Shown in pieces: positions 56,954-64,000 of a stretch of 64,000 nucleotides of DNA. The translations under genes and the position numbers were made by a program. Source of the stretch: Schizochytrium sp. TIO01. Taxonomy: Eukaryota > Protista > Bigyra: Labyrinthulomycetes. Every line of letters starts with the position of its first letter. The first letter of the stretch is position 1. The stretch spans positions 186,001 through 250,000 of the forward strand of contig SMSO01000032.1 of NCBI GenBank assembly GCA_004764695.1, in the 5' to 3' direction. Under the pieces are notes generated by a model. That model worked only from the letters and a program-made list of their open reading frames with translations. It did not search any database and was not told where the DNA came from.

Positions 56954-57856
56954 CTAGCGTGTTGGATTCATAAGGTTTTCAATATAGCTGTTGACAAGCT
57001 GGCGTTGCTTGTGAATTGTTTGAGCTACATTGCCAAACTTGCGTGGCTCCTCAAGCTCCTCCATCGTCACAGGCAGACCATTTTCCTGCGAAGTTCGTAA
57101 AATCATTGCATGCAAGTCCTTATCGACAGCAATGTGGGGAACCCACATCCACCATATTGATTTTGAGTTCAAAGAATCTGTTTCATCCACCTTACTCAAC
57201 TGCCCAAGTGGAATGAGCTCTCGCACGGCTGCCAATTGACTAGGTTTAATCATGTGAATGTATAAATGATACTCGCATCGAAGTCCCTTGAACTTATCTG
57301 ATTTTTGTTGCTCGACAAGACGTAAACAATTCTTTGCGAACATGTTACCATCAGCAGACTTCATTGCAAGCTCCTCGCGCAGCGCACGACCACATGCAGC
57401 TCGACTTGTTTCCTGCAAGGGGTTAAATTTTTCTGACATTCCTGTCGCTTTTAGACAACAATTAAGCTCTGCAGGAGGAAGCTTTGTATGAAACATCTCC
57501 ACAAGGATTTCACAGGTACTGGCATCGAAAACCAATGGCTTCGCAACACTGACAATGCGAATCACTCCAGTTCCTGATTCGTCCTTGGCAAGCACTGACT
57601 CGCCTTTGCTCATCTCATCGAGTAGAAGATTAAGGTGAGTCTCGCTGAGGGTATCCAGGTTAATATATTCACGGAGTTCTTCGATTGTTGTCCCACGGAA
57701 GACATCCTTCAGGCCAGAAGAAAGTCGAGTTGACCCACGGACACTTGATCCAAAGAGTGCCAATGCAGGGCTGGACGAGTCCCCTTCAGGGTGAGGCCAT
57801 GTCATACGACGTTGCCGAGCAGACTTCCGCCCTGGGAGAGACTTGAAGAAAACCAT
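56954..57856 (-). CDS. Hypothetical protein with degenerate Nudix-like motif
   Basis: GMSEKFNPLQETSRAACGRALREELAM resembles the Nudix box; preceded by LLDEMSKGESVL...RIVSV...ILVE. Confidence 0.7.
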   Translation of the reverse strand: MVFFKSLPGRKSARQRRMTWPHPEGDSSSPALALFGSSVRGSTRLSSGLKDVFRGTTIEELREYINLDTLSETHLNLLLDEMSKGESVLAKDESGTGVIRIVSVAKPLVFDASTCEILVEMFHTKLPPAELNCCLKATGMSEKFNPLQETSRAACGRALREELAMKSADGNMFAKNCLRLVEQQKSDKFKGLRCEYHLYIHMIKPSQLAAVRELIPLGQLSKVDETDSLNSKSIWWMWVPHIAVDKDLHAMILRTSQENGLPVTMEELEEPRKFGNVAQTIHKQRQLVNSYIENLMNPTR

Positions 57857-59804
57857 ACTTCTTCCTGAGAACTGACGCGCGCTCGTTCAATCCAGGACTC
57901 GAGGATCTTTATGAAAGCCTTGAATTATAGTTGCGTATGTGCGTGCGCACGTGCAATTATGTTCAACCCACCGTCCGGTCTGCTTGCAATGAACTGTACG
58001 CGATCTTTTAGTCGAAGGGTATCACAGAGACACCGACAGGAAAGCTTACCTGTAGTACCCTGTTTGCGTAAAGCCCTTATGATAGAGAATCAGAGAGTTT
58101 GCACTCTCAGCGTAGCAATGATCTGTTGTCTTGTTGCGTCGCAGAAGAATGGCCTCAGTCACAGTCACACAAGCTTGCAATTTGAGATTCTGCTCAGAAA
58201 TAAAGGCGTTCTCTTGCAGGTATAGCTTTACGAAGATGCACTGCGCTCCGCCCACTGCAGCGCACCTTCAGAAAGCCTTTGTTGTCTCCAACAACTTCGA
58301 CAACTGGAACTGTCCGTCTGCAAGCCTCGTTGCAAACCTTTCTGCAGGTGCTTTCCTTGGTTTGCTTGGCCGCGTTATGGCTGTCTGCAAAAAAATGCTC
58401 TTTGCATCAAAAGAATTTTCAATCATGAATCCATTGCATTTTCCTCATATCACGCGCTTATGCTGTGGCCTTCCAAAAAAAGAAAAAATCCCGCAGCGAA
58501 CCCGGTACCGAAAAAGGCTGCTTGACTTTACCGAGTATAAATGTTAAACCTTTTTCCTATGTAAAGAAGCAACTTTGAGTTACCTCTAAGAGAGATTGGA
58601 TAAACAGAAATATATATATAGAGAGAGAAAAAGAATATCCATCCTTAAAACAAACAGAAAATACGAATAAAACAAAAAAATATGAGTGAGCACTGACGAT
58701 AACGAATGCATGTCCTTCGACGTGCTAAATTGGCGAATTTGATTGCGATAACCTCTGCATGATCCTACATCACGATTTTCTTGATTCTCGGCCTTCAAAC
58801 AGACTCTTGCAAGCTGGAACCTGCGTACTGTCTTCATCAAACGAGTGCAGCGCGGAAGCCTCTGCTCGAGTCTTGCCCCCGCTTCCTCTTGCGACACTTG
58901 CATCGGTCTCATAAGTCATAATCGTCTGCTAGAGGTCTGTCGCTTGCACAGCTAGTGCACACCCTCTCGGACGCATACGTGCACTTGGAGGATCAACCTT
59001 TTACTCAATCTCACCAACGCGACACTCAAACTTTGCTTCTACTGTAACTGGAATGAGATAGTTGCGTCTTATTGTTTCCGTCGAAAGAAATGAATTAAAG
59101 CTTTCTTCGCCCCGAGCACTTCAACGATGAAGGTCGCGCTACACCCTAGACCTGAACCACAGTGTGGTATAGGCAGCAATACTCACTTTCCTTCTGTTTC
59201 TGCAAACGTACATCCTTTACGCTCACTCAACCATCTCCCAACATTTAATGTCCAGTTCCAACCAACCTCGTAAGGAGTAGATGTTCCCACTGCCAGCCCC
59301 CCTTCTCAATCATCATGTTCCCCGTGAAGGTCTGAGATCGCTTCTACCATCGCCAATAGCATCAACATGTAAAGATTCATCGCAGGTTTTCCACCCCACC
59401 ATCATCTCGAAATCCTGTTTTTTTGGGGTTTTTTAAATCAAACCCCCAACAGAGGGTTCCATCATCTATTAAATAAAACAGATGCGTTCTTTGCACAACA
59501 TTATTGACAGAAATATTTCTTCATCTATTTATGCACCTTGTACCTGTGAATTATAAAGTACATCAACTCCAAAGACGAACCTTGTGCACACCCTAGTTCG
59601 CGTAACGGTGCTAAGGTATACTCGCGCGCGACTGCCAAGCAGTTTTTTCCAAAACAATTTTTTTACAAAAATTATAAACACATTTTCTTTTCTTTTTCTT
59701 CGCCTTTCACTTCGTATATTGATAATGGGCAGCCCACTCCTTCGTTACTGATTCAATCAGACTCCGTTCTGTCCGCAGCTCTGTGGACCTCTTTGCAGCG
59801 CGTG

Positions 59805-59822
59805 GCTAGCCAGCTGGCTAGC
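59805..59822. promoter_or_regulatory. Perfect 18-bp palindrome GCTAGCCAGCTGGCTAGC upstream of the SCLT1-like gene
   Basis: Exact self-complement, about 300 bp before ATG 60122, downstream of poly(dA:dT) tracts. Confidence 0.4.
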
Positions 59823-60121
59823 TAGCTGCTGGAGACTGTATTAATCAAGGAACTTACTCACTGCTACCACGAACGTTGCCTTGGAGGCATTCTTTCGTTC
59901 ACGGTCAGCAGCAAAGCGACTGAGAATCAGATAACTTGAGCACATACCACAACGGGCTTTCAGAAAAGGGTTTCCTTCGCATAAGATTTAAAGTTTGCAG
60001 ATTATATCCTTGGGTGGTCATCCTTTAAATTTTAGATCAAATTCCGGACCTTCAATTCGCTGCTCGGAGGTGCCTTTAAGATCCAGTTCATCTGGAGGGA
60101 CTCGGGACTTGGCATTTGGGG

Positions 60122-62944
60122 ATGAGCGGTCCTCGTGAAGACAGGGATGCTCGCTGGAGAGCAGCATCGCGGCCTGGAAGACATGAAGAATATCTTGCTC
60201 AAACACTAGACGAAGGAAATAGTGCATTAGGACCTGAAGATCTACGAGGACCTCGAGATGCTGACGACAGCAGCCACAGCAATACCCAAACTGACAGCGA
60301 CCGTAGCAAGAGTACTGGGCATAGAGGAAGTCAACACCATGACAACAGTACTGCAGAGCTAGAGCTTGGAGCTAGAGATATCGACGAACTCTTGCGAGGC
60401 CTCGAAGCACGGCCTCCATTGGATCGCCCCGTGCCCCAAGTTAAGCATAATGACATTTACCTTGAGGATGAAATCCACCGTTTACAAAGTGAAAACGCGC
60501 ACGTCCGCTCATACGCTGCACGCTTAGAGACCGAGTTACGTAGAATTGGTCAAAAGGCAGGAATATACAATCGCCCTGGCCAAACTTCAATTAGTGGTCT
60601 TGAAGATGATGCGGATCAAGATGGAAACGAAGAAACAGGAACGCTGTCACCCTGGGTTGCTTCGCCTCAAATTTTCTCCCCGATTCTTGCCGCATATGAT
60701 GCCCACGTTGCAGAGCTTCGGAGTCGCCTCGGAACTGCTGAACGCCAACTGGAGCTTGATCGTGAACATATTTCCAGGCTTACTCACGAGAATGAGCAGC
60801 TTACTGCGGACCTTGATGCAGAACTCAGCAATCGAATTAAGAGTTTAGAGACTCTTCCTGCGGGCGCTGCAGCGGGCGCTAGCGAGAGGGTTAATGTGAT
60901 TGCTGCAGAGCAGATGGAAATGTTACAACAGCAAGTTGAGGTGCTTGACAAGGAACGAGGAATTCTTGAAGAAGTATCCACCCATTTGCAAAAGGAGGTT
61001 GATCGCCTACGAGAGGAAGGCCAAAACCGCGACGACCAGCTCATTCAGATTACACAAAATTTTCAGTCCGCACGTGCAACCATCAAGCGTGGGCAAGACC
61101 AAATTGCCATTTTGCAGAAGGAACGAGATGCGGCGCTAGGCCAGCTGAAGAAACTAAATGTTCAGTATAGTGATTTAAGCGTAAGACATGAGTCTCTGAA
61201 TGAGGACCTTCACGCTGCTGAACGTGAATGCGCTCAGTACCATAAACAATCCACACAGTTGCGATCTGATCTCGACCGACTTGCAGCACGAGCCAACGAG
61301 GAAACAGACCTTCAATTACAACGTCTGGACGCCGAGCGTAAGGCAATGCGCGAACTATCTGTCAGTCGCGATAGCACTCGTCGCGAAATGGACAATCTGC
61401 GTGAGACGCATCGCAAACTACGTATGCAACATGAGAAAACTGTTGCAGATTGTGAGAACATGATTAGCGCCATGGAGGGATTAAAACTGGAGATCTTCGA
61501 GCTCAAGTCCCGCGAGGAAACTGTCGCGCAACGTGAAGCTGATGCGCGGGAGGCCATCGAGCAGGCCAAACTCGAACGCGACCAAGCTGTGGCTTATGAC
61601 ACAGAAAGTCGTAAGACAATTGCTCGACTAAACGCTCAACGTGTTGAGGCAGCCAAAGAGAATATAAGAAACACAGAAAACCGAGTCAAACAGGAGAGAG
61701 ACAAAAAGCTTAGACAAATTGACGCGTTGTCTAAAGAAATTGAAGCACTTACCACGCAGTGTGTTCGCCTCGAACATGATGCTGAACAAGCACGCCACGA
61801 TTCTCAAGAAGCAAATTCACGTCTCGAATCCTTGAAAACCTTTTCTGCCTCTGAAGTTAAACGGCTTGAAGCTACTGTTGCGAAAGCATATGAACGTGCC
61901 GAGCGTGCCGAAAATAACGCGGTGGAGCGTGAAGCAGAAGCCCAGCGTCGCCTTCATGAATGCGGACAACGAATAGCGGAGGCTGATCAAGAGCGTGTCT
62001 CGATGCAAGAGTCATCTCGATCTCTACAGCAAAGGTTACAGGTAGCCACAATCGAAATTGAGCGCCTGCAAAAGGATGTCCATCGCCTTGAAAAAGAGGC
62101 CGCAAAGGCCAATCATGAAGCTGTCAGCCTTCAACAAACCTTGGAAAATGTTCGTTTGCAGTCTGACGCTCGACTCGAAGCTGCGCATGAGCGAGCCAAA
62201 ATTGCAGAACAACGTTTAGTGCAACGTGCTAGCCATGCCGAGGCCCGTGCGACTGAGGCGCAGCAGATTATGGAACATGTATGCTCTGAGAAAGACCGAT
62301 TGAAACGACAGGGAGACGAAACTCTGGAAAGTACAGTGGAACATTTCGAGAAGCGTATAGGGGAATATCGTGATGCTGCTGCTCGTTATGAAGCCCGTAT
62401 TCAAGAACTCACCATGATGATTGATACTTTGCAACACGAACGTTCTGAAGTTGCTAGACAGCTTAAGGACCATGAGACACAAACCCGCAAACTTGAGCAC
62501 GCAGCAACGCAAGCTGACAAACGCTATACAGACGCTAAGCTTAAGCTTGCTCAGGTTCTTGCTTCAGAGGAAAAACGCGTTCAAGAGTTTGCAGACATTA
62601 ATCGTCGCCTCGACCAAATAGAGATCGAAAAAGGTAGAATTCAGAGAGAAAGGGATTCCGCAATCCGAGCCTTGGAAGACCGAAACTCAGGTAGAGCAAA
62701 TATTCCCCATCAGCAACGAGCATTGCTTGATATTGACCCATTTCAACGTCGGAGTTCTGCAACAAGACAAACAGGAATACCATTGCCTTTTATGACTTTG
62801 TCAAGTAGCGCTAATCTAGGCCAGTCACAAGGAAAGTATGCGCCAGATTCCCCTAGCTCACGGTCTACACGACTTCGATATGAAGTGCAACGCGAGGCTG
62901 TACCATCACCCCCGCCAGTAAGAGCAGACCCTCAGAATGATTAG
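60122..62944 (+). CDS. Long coiled-coil protein, SCLT1 (centriole distal appendage)-like
   Basis: ATG at 60122. FSPILAAYDAHVAEL...ENEQL...LQQQVEVLDKER recalls the SCLT1 N-terminal PL..EYD.H...EN..L pattern; continuous heptads. Confidence 0.75.
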   Translation: MSGPREDRDARWRAASRPGRHEEYLAQTLDEGNSALGPEDLRGPRDADDSSHSNTQTDSDRSKSTGHRGSQHHDNSTAELELGARDIDELLRGLEARPPLDRPVPQVKHNDIYLEDEIHRLQSENAHVRSYAARLETELRRIGQKAGIYNRPGQTSISGLEDDADQDGNEETGTLSPWVASPQIFSPILAAYDAHVAELRSRLGTAERQLELDREHISRLTHENEQLTADLDAELSNRIKSLETLPAGAAAGASERVNVIAAEQMEMLQQQVEVLDKERGILEEVSTHLQKEVDRLREEGQNRDDQLIQITQNFQSARATIKRGQDQIAILQKERDAALGQLKKLNVQYSDLSVRHESLNEDLHAAERECAQYHKQSTQLRSDLDRLAARANEETDLQLQRLDAERKAMRELSVSRDSTRREMDNLRETHRKLRMQHEKTVADCENMISAMEGLKLEIFELKSREETVAQREADAREAIEQAKLERDQAVAYDTESRKTIARLNAQRVEAAKENIRNTENRVKQERDKKLRQIDALSKEIEALTTQCVRLEHDAEQARHDSQEANSRLESLKTFSASEVKRLEATVAKAYERAERAENNAVEREAEAQRRLHECGQRIAEADQERVSMQESSRSLQQRLQVATIEIERLQKDVHRLEKEAAKANHEAVSLQQTLENVRLQSDARLEAAHERAKIAEQRLVQRASHAEARATEAQQIMEHVCSEKDRLKRQGDETLESTVEHFEKRIGEYRDAAARYEARIQELTMMIDTLQHERSEVARQLKDHETQTRKLEHAATQADKRYTDAKLKLAQVLASEEKRVQEFADINRRLDQIEIEKGRIQRERDSAIRALEDRNSGRANIPHQQRALLDIDPFQRRSSATRQTGIPLPFMTLSSSANLGQSQGKYAPDSPSSRSTRLRYEVQREAVPSPPPVRADPQND

Positions 62945-63260
62945 CCGCGTTCCAAGTCAAAAATCGAATGACATGCTTTCCAAGACCCCTGCTATGTATT
63001 GCTTGCAAGAAATACAAAGTACTTTCTACTACTGCATTATAATCACAACATATAATTTTATTACCTAAGCCTATGCTTCGCATCCTCTTCGCCCCCACCT
63101 GCGATTTAAATTTTTAATTCATCGAGTAATCTCCACATCTTTCGTTGATCCTTAGAATTGTAACCAGAACAAAAATAGTCCCCTTGTAGCTTACTACTTA
63201 CGTCTACTTTCTGCAAAAGTCAATCCAAACAAATTAATCAGCAAGCTCTCCTTTACAAGC

Positions 63261-64000
63261 ATGATGCTTCCGTTCTCACTTTTACGCTGTGGCACCAGTC
63301 GCGGGCCTTTCATTACCTTGAGTGACCTCCGCGCAAGCGCGACTCAACAATTTCCCAAGAGCCGAGACTGCTCACGATCTGATGGGCTCGTTCCAGGGCT
63401 ATCTGGAGCAGAGATCGAGGTAGCTCTTGACTTGGTGGGAAGCGGCCAAAGTGGACAACTCGAAGGCATAGGCGGTAACTCAGCTGTAACCAACAAGGTT
63501 TATATTGTTGCTCCTCGGTCTGAGGATTCCTGCGAGTGTTGGTTCTTGCAATGCAAAGTCCGCGAACGAGGGATTGATGCTTCACACGGTGACTGTGGGA
63601 ACATGTTAGCAGGAGTTGGGATTTTTGCTCTCGACCGTGGGCTTGTGATGCGATCAAAGGTGCGGGACATACGCAATGAAGGCTTTTCTACGATCAAAGT
63701 GTTCGCTAATGCCACAGGAAACCAGTATGAAGTCGATGTACCCACAAACCAGGATGGATTTCCTGTTCTAAGCGGTAACTATGCTATTGCTGGAGTACCA
63801 AGCAAAGGTGCGCCCATAGCTGTGCGGAGCTTGTCAAAGGGAGGCCATAAAACAGGATCACTTTGGCCTTGTGGTCTTACAACTATTCTCACAGGTATTG
63901 ACGGAAATCCAATCGAGGCATCATGCATTGATGCAGAGCGTCCAATGGTGATCCTCGAGGCTTCGTCAGTAGGGATGACGTGCCTTGAAACAAAGGAGAT
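63261..64000 (+). CDS. PrpF/LigU-family isomerase (DAP-epimerase-like fold); 3'-truncated by window
   Basis: Absent from the ORF track because it has no stop in the window. MMLPFSLLRCGTSRGPF, QLEGIGGNSAVTNKV, GDCGNMLAGVG, GNYAIAGVPSKGAPI, KTGSLWPCG, ASCIDAERP. Confidence 0.9.
   Translation, partial: MMLPFSLLRCGTSRGPFITLSDLRASATQQFPKSRDCSRSDGLVPGLSGAEIEVALDLVGSGQSGQLEGIGGNSAVTNKVYIVAPRSEDSCECWFLQCKVRERGIDASHGDCGNMLAGVGIFALDRGLVMRSKVRDIRNEGFSTIKVFANATGNQYEVDVPTNQDGFPVLSGNYAIAGVPSKGAPIAVRSLSKGGHKTGSLWPCGLTTILTGIDGNPIEASCIDAERPMVILEASSVGMTCLETKE

Noticed and set aside
57900-59500. Short ORFs (58131-58547, 58586-58912)
   Set aside because: No motifs and they run into low-complexity sequence; probably UTR or intergenic.
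14767-64000. SucC-like, bioA and PrpF-like genes as a metabolic cluster
   Set aside because: Separated by 7-47 kb of unrelated housekeeping genes; no evidence of linkage.

Overview
Eukaryotic nuclear DNA, intron-poor and gene-dense, with microsatellite-laden intergenic blocks. The style suggests a flagellate-stage stramenopile such as a thraustochytrid/labyrinthulomycete, but that is inference only. About 19 genes are supported. Recognisable ones are the 3' end of a choline dehydrogenase (GMC), a spliced PDI-like thioredoxin, SRP54, MLH1, a degenerate succinyl-CoA ligase beta-like protein, a stand-alone bacterial-type BioA, an EF-hand/RGS fusion, a VPS9 GEF, transportin-1, a spliced SANT/Myb-like protein, a Nudix-like protein, an SCLT1-like coiled-coil protein and the 5' part of a PrpF-family isomerase; the rest are orphans. 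Three long head-to-head intergenic blocks (about 16.5-20.7, 25-29.2 and 35.6-44.8 kb) hold microsatellites, CpG-rich islands and frameshifted coding-like remnants. No tRNA, rRNA, CRISPR array or intact transposase was recognised. Best candidates for novelty: (1) an acylated NCS/calcineurin-B-like Ca2+ sensor with a whole RGS domain apparently nested between EF-hands 3 and 4; (2) a mitochondrial SucC-like probable pseudo-enzyme; (3) a recurring palindromic TAG/GTAC promoter element that also precedes orphan GC islands. All family assignments are from motif recognition by eye; no database search was run.
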